64,000 nt of DNA from Eledone cirrhosa (GCA_964016885.1 OZ024741.1:163556001-163620000), one strand, 5' to 3'. Shown: positions 13,585 through 26,350, counted from the stretch's first letter. Program-made: numbers and translations. Notes: a model not told the origin generated them from the sequence alone.

Positions 13585-13971
13585 TATTCCTGGTTGAATC
13601 GGAGGTAACCACAGTGAGTAAGGTACTCAATACATAGCAGAGTATAAAAGTTTTAATATAGAAGAGCTTCTACAGGACTAGAACTGTTTCATTCGTGAGA
13701 AATCATGAGTCCTGATGATTTCTCACGGATGAAACAGGTCTAGTCCTGTAGAAGGCTCTTCTATATTAAAACCTATATATATATATATATAAATAATATA
13801 AAATCAAAGATGGTTAAAAGAGTTCCATGTATTTTATTAATAAAATACATGGAGCTCTTTTAAACATCTTTTGATTTTATATTATTTATACTCCAGTCCT
13901 ATAAACTGTTGAGTGCTACTTATCCGATATTTGCATTGCTTTATTGTGCTACAATAAAACTCACCTCCTAC

Positions 13972-14013
<42 letters not shown>

Positions 14014-14403
14014 TGTGAGTGTGTTTGTGTGTGTGTGTGTGTGTGTATATCTGCTAGAGTGATCAAACGTTGTAAAACTAGCACCGATTAATGTACTGTC
14101 TGCTGAGTATATGATAAATATGTCCTAATGATGTGCTAAATTCGTCTCAGCGTTTACCAGGCGTCACCTTAACAGAAGACATAACACAATTCTTCGTATC
14201 TTCTGTCAATATACTATATTCTCAGGTGTGTTCAGACTCGCACAATAATCCGCAGCCACATACACAACTACACAACTACACATCAACACATCAACATACA
14301 TCCACAGGCAAAGACACACATAATCACAAGTACACACATATATACATATATGCGTACGTACATGTATATATATATATACATATGTTTCAAAAACATACTT
14401 ACT

Positions 14404-14433
<30 letters not shown>

Positions 14434-14439
<6 letters not shown>

Positions 14440-14513
14440 TTTTAAATATATAGTTTTACATGAAATTTCATTATTTTTTAACCCAGGCAGCGCCGAGTGC
14501 TTCTCCTAGTATG

Positions 14514-14555
<42 letters not shown>

Positions 14556-14637
14556 CATACTAGGAGAAGCACTCGGCGCTGCCTGGGTTAAAGAATAATG
14601 AAATTTCATGTAAAACTATATATTTAAAACGATATAT
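14434..14637. repeat. Palindrome centred on (TA)n; arms contain a Helitron-type 3' end
   Basis: ACCCAGGCAGCGCCGAGTGCTTCTCCTAGT and its reverse complement either side of (TA)n 14516-14552. Confidence 0.88.
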
Positions 14638-14689
14638 TTTCTGAACAATTATTGTGATTAGTAATTCTAACATTCCTACATAACAATCA

Positions 14690-15155
14690 TCCTCAGCATC
14701 AACATCATAATCCTTAACATCGTTGTTTCATGCATGCATGGGTTGGATGCGTTCTTTCCAGCACACCATCGAAACACTCCTCGTGTTCCTTCGTCATATC
14801 CTCTGTGAGAACCAACAATGAGGGATCAACTTTTACCATATCCACCCGGGTCTTCCTTGATCTACCTCTATTTTGGTTTTTCACATATTTATTGTACATC
14901 CAACGAAGCATGATCGCTTCGTTTCTTTCCCGTCTACGCATGTCCTCTGCTTTCAGCAGCCCATGTTTCATTAACATGCAGCATCGCACTTTGCACACGT
15001 GTGTCATACATTCGTTCTTTTTTTACGTAGGGACAAACTATTTGTTGTCAACAGAGTGAATAGCTCCCTAAACATTTTCCATCCTATCCTTATTCAAGCT
15101 ATTATGCTTTCCAAACACCCTCCTCCGCTGCAAATTTAGTCCCCTAGATAGCAAA
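14690..15155 (-). mobile_element. Degenerate RTE LINE 3' fragment
   Basis: RIGWKMFREL, EDMRRRERNEAIMLRWM, RGRSRKT motifs; ATG-like repeat tail. Confidence 0.75.
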
Positions 15156-15249
15156 TCAACAAAAATAATGAACATGAAATAAAAAACACATACAGACAGT
15201 GATATATGTGTGTGTGTATGTGAGTGAGGATATATATATGTATGTATAT

Positions 15250-15382
15250 GAAGGTGCGTGGCATAGTAGTTAGAGCGTTAGGTTGTGAGTTCCCGAATAG
15301 GGTGGTGGTTGTGTTCTTGAACAAAACACTTTATTTCACGTTAATCCTGCTCACTCAACTGTAAAAATGTAGAAATGAGTTG
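15250..15382 (+). mobile_element. CORE-type SINE fragment
   Basis: tRNA-like head GTGGCATAGTAGTTAGAGCG plus GTGTTCTTGAACAAAACACTTTATTTCAC..CACTCAACTGTAAAAATG. A related stub lies at 28317-28352. Confidence 0.65.
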
Positions 15383-15494
15383 TGCCGTCACTAGAGCCAG
15401 GTTGGTTCGGCGGCGCGAAGAGGGTGATTGGCATGCATGGACGACAGCTGGTCTTCCACAGGGTCATTCCACACACAATGCGGCATACAATACG

Positions 15495-15607
<113 letters not shown>

Positions 15608-15681
15608 CATATATATACATACATGCACAGATATATATATGTATGTATGGATTTATAGTATATATATATATATATATATAC

Positions 15682-16060
15682 AATAAAGCTGACCGCCGTA
15701 TGTAAGTAACAAACTTTCCGCCAAACAGCTGGACCAAAAAGCACCAAATTCGCACCATACATGTAACTTTTTCCAAGTAAGAAAGTGAGGGTGTTTTTGT
15801 CTACGGAATTTTGTTAAAAGATTAAAGACATTATTTAAATATTCACTTCTTTAAAATTTTCAAATGTCAACACTTCCGGTTATACGACATTCCTAACGTC
15901 TTCACGAACCAAAGTATCATCTTCCTGTTTTCTTTCGGTTGCAACGTTTTTCGAAATATTTACTTCTGCGTTCACAGATTAATTTTTTTAGTTTCAGAAG
16001 ATCCCGTTAAGGGTGAAAGCAACGATTCTTTGCTTAAACTTTAATCTGTTATTTTAATAT
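15682..16060 (+). mobile_element. Helitron-like non-autonomous repeat
   Basis: CCGCCAAACAGCTGGACC..CACCAAATT head; tail shared with 58255-58420. Confidence 0.55.
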
Positions 16061-16310
16061 ATATAAATATTTCAATCATATATATAAATATTTCAATCAT
16101 ATCTCATTTTGTTTGACCCGTTTTAGCTTGTTCGCTTTTTTGGCTATGGTAGTTAATGGCTTCTTAACCATCGTCTCAGAGTGTATGACCTTTTTAACTT
16201 ATGTTTATCGCTCTGGTATCTTCTTCAGTTCCATCGAGCGCTTGTCAGCACAATATGGAAGTTGCGTTTCGCTAATTTCTACCCGCCGAAATGCGATTCT
16301 CGCTAAATTA

Positions 16311-16365
<55 letters not shown>

Positions 16366-16914
16366 GTGTACAGATATTTTTGCATACACAAACCAAAATA
16401 TAAAAAAACGTATTTATTTTACGAAAGCACAGACGGCTTATCGTCATTGTTACTGCCGATATGCCACCCAAAAAGTCCTAGCTTGGTCGCAAGATCAGAT
16501 TTTGCAGAAGTAAAATGGTTCCATCGCGTATCACATGGAAAAAACGAAAAGTGACAATGGGAAGATATGTACATGATTGGGATAAGAGTATATCCAGGAA
16601 AGTTTATTGATACTAATTTTAGAGCACCAAAGAAGAAGAAAAACATACCACGTATGCTAACCAACCTGACTGCTATTTCTAGCAGGTTGGGAATCTATCA
16701 TAAGATAGTTGTCTCTGCAAGTTCGTTGTCAGTGATGATCGTGTTTCGCGGCCTATGTCTCCGATTCCAATGGTGGTTTACACACACACACACACACACA
16801 CACGCATACGCACACGCACACACACGAACACTCACACAGGCATACACACATGTATACACACATGTATACACACACACACACATATATATATACACACACA
16901 CACACACGAAGACT

Positions 16915-16950
<36 letters not shown>

Positions 16951-17414
16951 CACACAAACACACACAAGCATACACACACACATACACACACACATACACA
17001 CACACACACAATACACACACACTATAAACAAGACGATTCATTCAATACAGACGTTTTCTCTTCTGCAGGTCTTCTCTTATCATTTGTTAACCCAAAGCTG
17101 GGTACCTCAGCTAGTATATATATATATAAATTACAAAACTCTAAAATTTATTTGAAAATCTGTTCCAATGAACGGTTTAGGGTCTAACAATTTGTCGGCT
17201 TTTGAAAAATATATTTCAGAAATGTATGCACTGCTGTCTTACATAATTACGAATGAATTTTATATTCATACATTTTATATATATATATCATCACTGTTTA
17301 ACATCCATTTTCCACACTAACATGGGTTATATATGCATATATAACTTTGATAACTTTGATAGGTTTCGGCCAGTATTGGCCCAGGTCATGTCTAACCCTA
17401 ATAGCATCACCTGG

Positions 17415-17446
<32 letters not shown>

Positions 17447-17784
17447 CTCAATGTTATGCAAAACATCCTTCGTAGATGTGGTATCATGTTTCTGGTGCAG
17501 GAACAGAGTTAAGTATTCATTGAAACAACAGCAGAAGATCGGGCTGAAAATTTTACTTTAGAATTTTAATTCCGCGACAGCGCTATACATATTTCCATCG
17601 TTCAGCCCTATCATTCGATTTTACCAGGTGTTATTTGCGGAATTATATAACAGGATTACATTGAACCCAAACAGAGAATAGACAATAGAAGAAAAAGTAC
17701 CGATTCTATTCGTGGACAGCCTGCTAATTCAGTGTTATGTCGATGGCAGACGGTCCCCGAATATATATATATATATATATATAA

Positions 17785-18511
17785 TATTAAGTGTAATTAA
17801 TTCTTTTACAATGGAATTAGCTCAAAGGAAATATTCCTGGGCCGTGTATAAAAGTAATATATATGAGTAATATATATGATGAAACAGATACCAACACATC
17901 TGTATTTATATTGCAAAAGAAAGTTAGCCAGAATGAAGAATATTAATTATTTTACCACAGTTCGTCCACATCGATTTAAAATAATAAATCGACAAAAACT
18001 AGCTGCGCTGCCAAATGGCTATGATGTTTATACATATTTAAATTTCAAAGTCAAACCTGTTCAGTAGATAAGTTTAAACCTCATATATACGCCTCATATA
18101 TACGACTGTTATTTCTAGCAGTACGGTTATGAGACTAGCTTGAATCTGTGAACCCATGTGCGTCACACAGTCTTTTAAATTATTTAGAAGTGAAGCTTAT
18201 CAATTGTCTCTGGATGTTTACTGAGGAGAGCAGTGGCATGATATTCCTACACTTATATTCATCTCGAAACATGTTTGGATTTTGAGGTTTAAACTTATCT
18301 ACTGAACAGGTTTGACTTTGAAATTTAAATATGTATAAACATCATAGCCATTTGGCAGCGCAGCTAGTTTTTGTCGATTTATTATTTTAAATCGATGTGG
18401 ACGAACTGTGGTAAAATAATTAATATTCTTCATTCTGGCTAACTTTCTTTTGCAATATAAATACAGATGTGTTGGTATCTGTTTCATCATATATATTACT
18501 CATATATATTA

Positions 18512-18520
<9 letters not shown>
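17785..18520 (+). mobile_element. Family A element with inverted copy of its 3' part upstream
   Basis: 17848-18083 is the reverse complement of 18283-18520. The unit starts CGACTGTTATTTCTAGCA at 18103. Confidence 0.78.
18217..18279 (+). ncRNA. Type I hammerhead ribozyme (family A)
   Basis: UUUA-CUGAGGA-GAG...CUC-GAAACAUGUU-UGGA: palindromic ACAUGU stem III, stem I with G-U pairs. Confidence 0.72.
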
Positions 18521-18552
<32 letters not shown>

Positions 18553-18756
18553 CGAAGGAAATGTGGTAAGGAACCATGTGGACCATAACGCACCAAAGTA
18601 CTCAATACTTAGGGTAGTAGAGTGGGTAATAGGAACGAGTAGGACCCCGACGGCTGAGCTCAAGCCGTTTCGACGGCTAATTCTGGACTCTAATTCAGTC
18701 AGTCCAGAATTAGCCGTCGAAACGGCTTGGGCTCAGCCGTCGGGATCCTACTCGTT

Positions 18757-18804
<48 letters not shown>

Positions 18805-18949
18805 AGGAAACGAAAAATCAGTGATGCATCTGGACTTTATTTCGTGTCACAAATGTTTCGCAGGCATGTAGCTCGAGTCATGGTCCTTGTATGGATCTGG
18901 CTGATTCTACTTCTGCGGGTTCTTTCAGACACGGGTGTTACGTCCGGAG

Positions 18950-18984
<35 letters not shown>

Positions 18985-19107
18985 ATCCGAGTATTTCGAA
19001 TATTAATAATAGCATTCGATCCGTTTGCAATTATGCAGACAGCCTCTTTTAAGCCACGTCAGTAGAATGAGCCCCTCTTTGTTGCCCTTCTGTCGGCATG
19101 TAAACAG

Positions 19108-19143
19108 AACTGCACGTTTCTGGATGATTACCCTTCATCAGTG

Positions 19144-19148
<5 letters not shown>
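19108..19148 (-). ncRNA. Degenerate hammerhead (cleavage-site nucleotides apparently deleted)
   Basis: AACUGCA-CUGAUGA-AGGGU-AAUC-AUCCA-GAAACG-UGCAGUU. Lies in a (TA)n-flanked fragment 18982-19150 homologous to 47253-47347. Confidence 0.6.
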
Positions 19149-19222
<74 letters not shown>

Positions 19223-19239
19223 TATATTGATAGATAGAT

Positions 19240-19721
19240 ATATTTCTTTATTAGCCACAGGGGCACAAAAGAAGGGGACAAATACAAAGGGGGAAGTTTA
19301 CATACAATAAAAACGTGTAAAATGTTATTACAAATGGAATTTAAAAAGTTAGTCGATTTTCCCCAATAGAGGGAGACAGTTTATATGGGTAACACATACC
19401 CCCGAAAAAAAATGTGCAACCCTCATCTCCAGGAGTACGAAGAGTTTGTACTCCTTTCCTCTCTTCCTCCTTTTCCTCAACCTACAGGCTGATATAGAGA
19501 GAAGGCCCATTCACTCGGGCCATTCTCGCCACTTTCACCCACCTTTCATAAAACTTGCTGGGGTACAGCACCTCTCTCTCCATCCTGATTCTTCTTCCAA
19601 AGTGGTATTTGAAAAAAAGAATTAGTTGTTGGCCGGAGAGAAAGGTGCCTGACCTCAGCCCTTTCAACCTTGTCCACCATACAACCTCTTTCGCCATAGC
19701 TATCACACAAAGGAAAACCGC
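19240..19721 (-). mobile_element. Tx1/L1-clade LINE 3' fragment
   Basis: Near-identical to 23830-24308; (GATA)n on both sides. Confidence 0.92.
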
Positions 19722-20098
19722 AGATAGATAGATAGATACATACATACATACATACATACATACATACATACATACATACATACATACATACATACATACA
19801 TACATACGTGCATATGCGTATGTGAAAACTACGAAAAGGAAGGCACTCACATATTAAGGTGAGCGTAGTCACACACGCAAGCACAGGAATAAACATATAG
19901 ACGCACACATAGTCATTCATATTGAATTATTTTCTTTTTATTGTCTGGTGACATGTAAACAATTAAAAAGTTATTTCTCATAACTCAAAAAATATTTATA
20001 TTTATATAAGAATGTCGCTGCCTGTCTCTGTTTATTGATCTGTCGTCTCTTCTCTCTGTCTATCTATTGTTATGACTCTATACTATTACTTATCTGTT

Positions 20099-20186
<88 letters not shown>

Positions 20187-20212
20187 CATATATATACACA
20201 TAATACACATAA

Positions 20213-20262
<50 letters not shown>

Positions 20263-20694
20263 GAAATATACTTATGTATACATATATATATATATATGTA
20301 TTCATATATTTATATATATATTTATATATATATGTGTGTGTGCGTGCGCGCGTTTGTGTGTATATATGGCTGTGCGTGTGTATGTGTGAGTTCGTTAGTG
20401 TGTGTGTGTGTGTGTATGTCAGTTTCTCTACCCCAAGTGATATAAACATATGCGCACTAAGAATCAAGCAGACACACTAAAACATATGTATGTATTTTAG
20501 ACTTCTTTAAACAAACTAACCAACCCATCATCTATAACCACACTTCATTTAAAATTCTTCACATTCGTATCTGCCCATCCTTTCTCTTTCACAGATAAAC
20601 ATTTCATATACAATTAAGTTAAAAATGTACATCCATATATGTATACTGAAATACTAGTATGCATATGAATACACACACGTATACATATATAGAT

Positions 20695-21060
20695 GTACCA
20701 AGTCTTTCACTGGTTACTTTACTGTGAGTATCCAGCTATTCTGTATGTAAACACACAGACAAACCGGTTTTTAGAGTCATACTGGTTTTTGAGGAAACAC
20801 CTTTCCTCTATTCTCCAGAAAGCCAGACAAGGAATATTGAACTAGTTTCGTTGTTGTTACAACTCATCAGCAATATTTACCTATCTACCGGCCTTTCTGG
20901 AGAATCGTAAAAGCACATATCGTTATATGCTTTTTCTATGAAAATTAGTAGTGGGCAGACTAATTTGCATAGAGTGTGAGTACGTACCGGTTCAACGGAG
21001 ACGATAAAAACAAATAACGAAACGAAATTAAATTTCGTTTCATATAGTTTGCCTAATTCA
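20695..21060 (-). mobile_element. Diverged family B element (multi-hairpin RNA around an HHR)
   Basis: Same order of motifs as 47780-48070: GAAATT..TTTCGTTTC hairpin, CCGG, CACTC-n-TATGCAAATT hairpin, extended stem I, HHR. Boundaries are approximate. Confidence 0.68.
20811..20904 (-). ncRNA. Type I hammerhead ribozyme with long extended stem I (family B)
   Basis: AAUAUUG-CUGAUGA-GUUG-UAACAA-CAAC-GAAACUAGUU-CAAUAUU (core 20833-20877). Outer stem UUCUCCAGAAAG / CUUUCUGGAGAA. Confidence 0.92.
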
Positions 21061-21315
21061 CCGTCACACATATCATACAACTTCAACTTGTTTGATTATA
21101 CCACAGAGAAAACCATAATAGTATACTCCAACTGCATTTCACAGACTACCCACTATAAAAACAAACACACATGAAAAGAAGCAGCTCCAGAGGACAACAC
21201 ATTACAATACTCGAATATTAGTGCAACGCTTCTCAGAAGTTAGATTATCAGACATGAACCACGCAGAGACAAACACATGTTTAATCTGAGGCCAGTCATT
21301 CTTGAAAGGGTTAAG

Positions 21316-21532
21316 GGCGGCGGATTGGCAGTATCGGTAGAGGGTCGGACACTATGCGTTGCAGCACAGAGTTCCGGCCCTTTATAATCTGAGGTCAAAT
21401 CCCGCCGAGGTCAACTTTGCCTTTCATCCTGACGGGGTCGATAAAATAAAGTACCAGTCACGCACTGGAGTCGATTTAATCGACTCCCCCACCCCGAATT
21501 GCTGGCCTTGTGCCTATATAAGAAACCATTAT
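21316..21532 (+). mobile_element. S1 SINE (long subfamily) with TSD
   Basis: TTGAAAGGGTT at 21302 and 21532. Confidence 0.9.
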
Positions 21533-21560
21533 TGAAAGGGTTTCATCATCATCATCATCA

Positions 21561-21615
<55 letters not shown>

Positions 21616-21930
21616 TGTAAATATTAACTTAAGAATGTCATTCTCGATTAATTGTTTAATATCCACTTACTTAAGATTTAGTCTGATTCATTAACGTAAT
21701 GTAAACAAATTATCTGACTTCATGTTTCAATAATAAACTTCAGGACGTTTTAATTTATTTACATATACATTAGGTTTACTAACAAAGATAAGACGTCGAT
21801 CGTAAGAACACACGAAGAAAACATAGTTTTTATTGTTATTTCCATTGCTGCTGATATCAACTGATCGAAACTCCTAACAGAAGCCTCTCCAGCGAGAGGA
21901 GATTATATCGATAGATAGATAGATAAATAG

Positions 21931-23805
21931 ATATGTTTCTTTATTAGCCACAGGGGCACAAAATAAGGGGACAAATACAAAGGGGGAAGTTTACATACAA
22001 TAAAAACGTGTAAAATACTATCACAAATACAATTTAAAAGTTAATCTATTTTCCCCCAATAGGAGGAGACATTACATATGGGTAACACAAACCCCCGAAA
22101 AATGTGCAACCCTCATCTCCAGGAGTACGAAGAGTTTGTACCCCTTTCCTCTCCTCCTCTTTTTCCTCAACCTAGAGGCTGATATAGAGAGAAGGCCCAT
22201 TCACTCGGGCCATTCTCGCCACTTTCACCCACCTTTCATAAAACTTGTTGGGGTACAGCACCTCTCTCTCCATCCTGATTCTTCTTCTAAAGTGGTATTT
22301 GAGAATAAGAATCAGTTATTGGCCGGAGAGAAAGGTGTCTGACCTCAGCCCTATCAACCTTGTCCACCATACAACCTCTTTCGCCATAGCTATCACACAA
22401 AGGAAAACCGCCTGTCCTTCGTTTTTGAAGGAGGGTGGTGGTTTTATCATGACAATGGACTCGGTGGTCAACCGGATTAGTCCCACCCGCGACAATAGTC
22501 GTTCTACATAGCTCCACAGGTCGGTAACGCCCGGGCAGTGTATGAATGCGTGCGCGACGGTTTCTTCGTCTCGCACGCACCTCGGACAGATCTTTTTTGA
22601 AGGGTCCCTGCCCGGGCGCACATGTCTGTAGAGCTTGTCTCGAACTGGTAGAGCTCCTCTGTAGCACTGCCAGGCCAGTGACTTTTGGAAGTTGTCCATC
22701 GGTCCCTGGTGGAAGGTCCTACCGAACAGACTGGCTAGTTCGTCTTCCTCTACGCCTAGAGTTTCACCAAGCGCGTCGTCGCACTTGCCGCGGATCAACC
22801 CTCTATAGAATGATCGCCGAGAGGGCTGTGAGCGTCTGAGCACATTCGATGTGCCAGTCGGCCAGTCGGCCCACTTCTGGGTGAGTGCAAACTCCTTGGC
22901 CGTCACCTCGTTCCAGTTTTTCTCCACCTGGAGGTCCGGACGAAACCAGACCCCGAGCAGCTTTACCGGTCCTTCCGTCCAGCGTCCGTCAACGCCATTG
23001 GAAGGCATCGGTTTGCCTCTCCACGATCCGAGTTGCAAATCGATGTACTTGTCCCGGTTCAGCTTCGCTCCTGTGAACCTTTCGTATTCCTTCAGTAAGG
23101 TCCCGACCTCCTCGATTTGCGAGGCGCTCGACACCATTACTGACATGTCGTCGGCGTAGGCCGACGCCGCTGTCCGCAGTCCCGGTTCCAGAGGGATGCC
23201 CTGCAATAGATCCAACTTCCGCAGTAGTGGCTCGAGAGTCAGTACGTACAGAAGGGAGGAGATAGGACATCCCTGTCGAATGGATCGCGTGATATGGAAC
23301 GGCTCCGAGAGGTAGCCGTTCACTTTGACCCTTGAGCAGATGTTGCTGTTGTGCATTACAGCAATCCAGCCCCTGAACACGGGTCCGAAGCCTGGTGCCT
23401 CGAGCACCGCATCCATGTTACGATGGTCAACCCTATCGAAAGCCTTAGACTCATCCAAGTTGATCAGGGCCCCACCGAAGCCGGTTTTACACTCTACCCT
23501 CTCTATGATGTATCGCATGAGGTGGAGGTTGTCGTGTATGGACCTGGTCGGCATTGCCCATGTCTGCGCTTCTCCCACCAGGTTCTCGACGACAAGCGCC
23601 AGCCTCTTTGCCAACACCTTGGCGAAAATCTGTAACTCTGTGTTTAGCAGAGTTATGGGCCGGAAGTTGCCTATGTCCTCCCCCTTATTCTGGTCCTTCC
23701 TGATTAGTGTGACTACGCCCCCGGTCACAGAACTGGGAATCCTCCCGTTCTGCTGCCAGTTGCAGTAGACCGCTTCCAGGAGACCGGAGAATAAGTCCGG
23801 CATTG
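21931..23805 (-). mobile_element. Tx1/L1-clade LINE, 5'-truncated, RT plus C-terminal Cys-rich region, internal deletion
   Basis: ORF 22316-23803: NFRPITLLNTE, NLDESKAFDRVDH, IRQGCPISSLLY, AYADD, CPRC...ETVAHAFIHC. 3' end GGCTAATAAAGAAA followed by (TCTA)n. Confidence 0.95.
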
Positions 23806-23829
23806 CTACGTAAAATAGATAGATAGATA

Positions 23830-24330
23830 TATTTCTTTATTAGCCACAGGGGCACAAAAGAAGGGGACAAATACAAAGGGGGAAGTTTACATACAATAAA
23901 AACGTGTAAAATGTTATCACAGATGGAATTTAAAAGTTAGTCGATTTTCCCCAATAGAGGGAGACAGTTTATATGGGTAACACATACCCCCGAAAAAAAT
24001 GTGCAACCCTCATCTCCAGGAGTACGAAGAGCTTGTACTCCTTTCCTCTCCTCCTCCTTTTCCTCAACCTACAGGCTGATATAGAGAGAAGGCCCATTCA
24101 CTCGGGCCATTCTCGCCACTTTCACCCACCTTTCATAAAACTTGCTGGGGTACAGCACCTCTCTCTCCATCCTGATTCTTCTTCTAAAGTGGTATTTGAA
24201 AATAAGAATCAGTTGTTGGCCGGAGAGAAAGGTGTCTGACCTCAGCCCTTTCAACCTTGTCCACCATACAACCTCTTTCGCCATAGCTATCACACAAAGG
24301 AAAACCGCCTCTCCTTCGTTTTTGAAGGAG
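23830..24330 (-). mobile_element. Tx1/L1-clade LINE 3' fragment (tandem to previous copy)
   Basis: Near-identical to 21931-22432. Confidence 0.92.
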
Positions 24331-24762
24331 GAGACACACACACATACATGCACACATACAAGCACGTACACACACGCACCCCTCACACACCCCACACATA
24401 CATATATATGCGCAAATAAATGGAAAAACAACATAGCAAAAGGATACAGTACTAGGAAAATATATATTAGTTTAACGCGTGGTATAGTGGTATAGTAAGA
24501 AAGACGTTTATCAGAAGATACAATGAGAAAGAAAGGGATAAATAGAAGGATAGAGGAGCGTGAGAAGATGAAGAAAAAGAAAGAAATGGCGTGTGTGTTT
24601 TGTCAGACATTTTCGATTTTGTATTAGTTTTGCATGATTCTTGATGTGAAAACGTGTTGAAACAGATATTATTATTATTATTATTTGGGAAGGTCATGCT
24701 GTCAATAACAATACATGCACCAGTCGAGTTTCATTTCAGTTTTATTATTAGTTCGGTAACTA

Positions 24763-25220
24763 GGGTGGTGAATTGGCAGTATCGGTAGGGCGTCGGACAA
24801 CATGCTTTGCAGTATAGAGTTACGCCCCTTTACGATCTGAGTTCAAATCCTGCCGAGGTTAGCTTTGCCTTTGATCCTTACGGGGGTCGATAAAATAAAG
24901 CACCAGTCACGTACAGGGGTCGATTTAATCGACTTTCCCCTCCCCCAAAATTGCTGGCCTTGTGCCTATATAAGAAACCATTATTAGTTCGGTAACTAGT
25001 GTGATAAATTGGCAGTATCGGTAGAGCGTCGGACAACATGAGTTGCAGCATAGAGTTAGGCCCCTTTATGATCCGAGTCCAAATCCCGCCGAGGTTAGCT
25101 TTGCATTTCATCCTTACGGGGTCGATAAAATATGTACCAGTAATGCACTGGAGCCGATTTAATAGACTTTCCCTTTCCTTTCAAATTGCTGGCCTTGTGC
25201 CTAAAGTAGAAACAATTATT
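24763..25220 (+). mobile_element. Two tandem S1 SINEs sharing a triplicated target
   Basis: ATTATTAGTTCGGTAACTA at ~24744, ~24980 and ~25215. Confidence 0.9.
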
Positions 25221-25649
25221 AGTTCGGTAACTAATCCACTCCTCAGTTTGTTAATGTGATGGCTTTTTAATTGCCATATTAAATTGCCAAAGTTCTTTCC
25301 ACATATATTCTGTAACCTTATAATGGTTGTTCTTGTTATACTTTTTTTATATTGTCGTATGTGTTTGTGTCTGGGCGTGTATCTTTGTGTGTTCGGACTG
25401 TCACAAGCTTTTGTGTTTGGCATGTGTATCTTTAGGCATGTGTGTGCTTGTGCATACATGATTGCTTTTACATCCTGCTTCTTTCTCCTTCACGTGGCAT
25501 GTGTGCATGTGTATTTTTTCTGTTGTCTCTCTCACCTATGAGTATGTGGTTGGTTCTATTCCAGAGTCCTCTAGGGGGTGGGTTAGTGTCTGTCTATCCA
25601 CCCTTCTTTACTTATTCATATGTGTCCATTATTGTCGTCAGTTGCTAGG

Positions 25650-26350
25650 TTGTAAGGATTTTCTTATTCCATTCATTTATGCTTTCTAATGAGGGTCGGT
25701 TTATTTTCTATTATATGCGTGGCTTCATTGCAACACTTCGGTCAGCAAGTGTTATTTATATTTCAATGTTTTTTAGAGATTCACCATACTTTAATTTGGT
25801 GTGTTGCTATAACACTGACGAGTTTACTTGTATTTGAGTTTTCGCCAGTGCCCATTTATCCTTTCTCCGGTATTGCTTGCCGCTTCTCCTATGAATGCCA
25901 AGGACGTATGTGTACGTTGTCCCTCTGTGCATTTTATGCCTTTAACTATATTTTAACTTTACAGTTTATCTGTGGATATTGTAGATTGTAAAATATCTTT
26001 CCGTAACGGATATGGGGGTTTCTCTTAAAAGGGTAACTTTTGCTGATCAGGACCGTTATATGAATTCCTAGTTTTTCTACTATTCTAATTTTAATTCTCA
26101 TATATCTAAAGACCCTATGGCTCTATTAGCTTATTTGCCTCTGGGTGTAGCACAGAGGAACATCGCACGCTGGTATTTGTTGTTGTCATAATACGAGTAG
26201 AACTTACCTACCTTTTTCTTTATCCTCTCTATTCTGTTCCATTTGTACACACAAAAAGATATATATGCAGACTTATATTGAAGCTTATATAATACGTTTA
26301 TTTGTACATTGTCCCTCTGTGTATTTTACGCTTTATCTATTATCAATGAC
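25650..26350 (-). mobile_element. Degenerate PLE GIY-YIG relic
   Basis: Manual translation gives IRIVEKLG..LISKSYPFKR and NIVKGIKC..AFIGEAASNTGERINGH, with multiple stops. Confidence 0.5.

Noticed and set aside
16185-16232. Minus-strand CUGAAGA...AAACAUAAGUU hammerhead-like string
   Set aside because: No G12 (UAAA instead of GAAA), no stem I and no convincing stem II.
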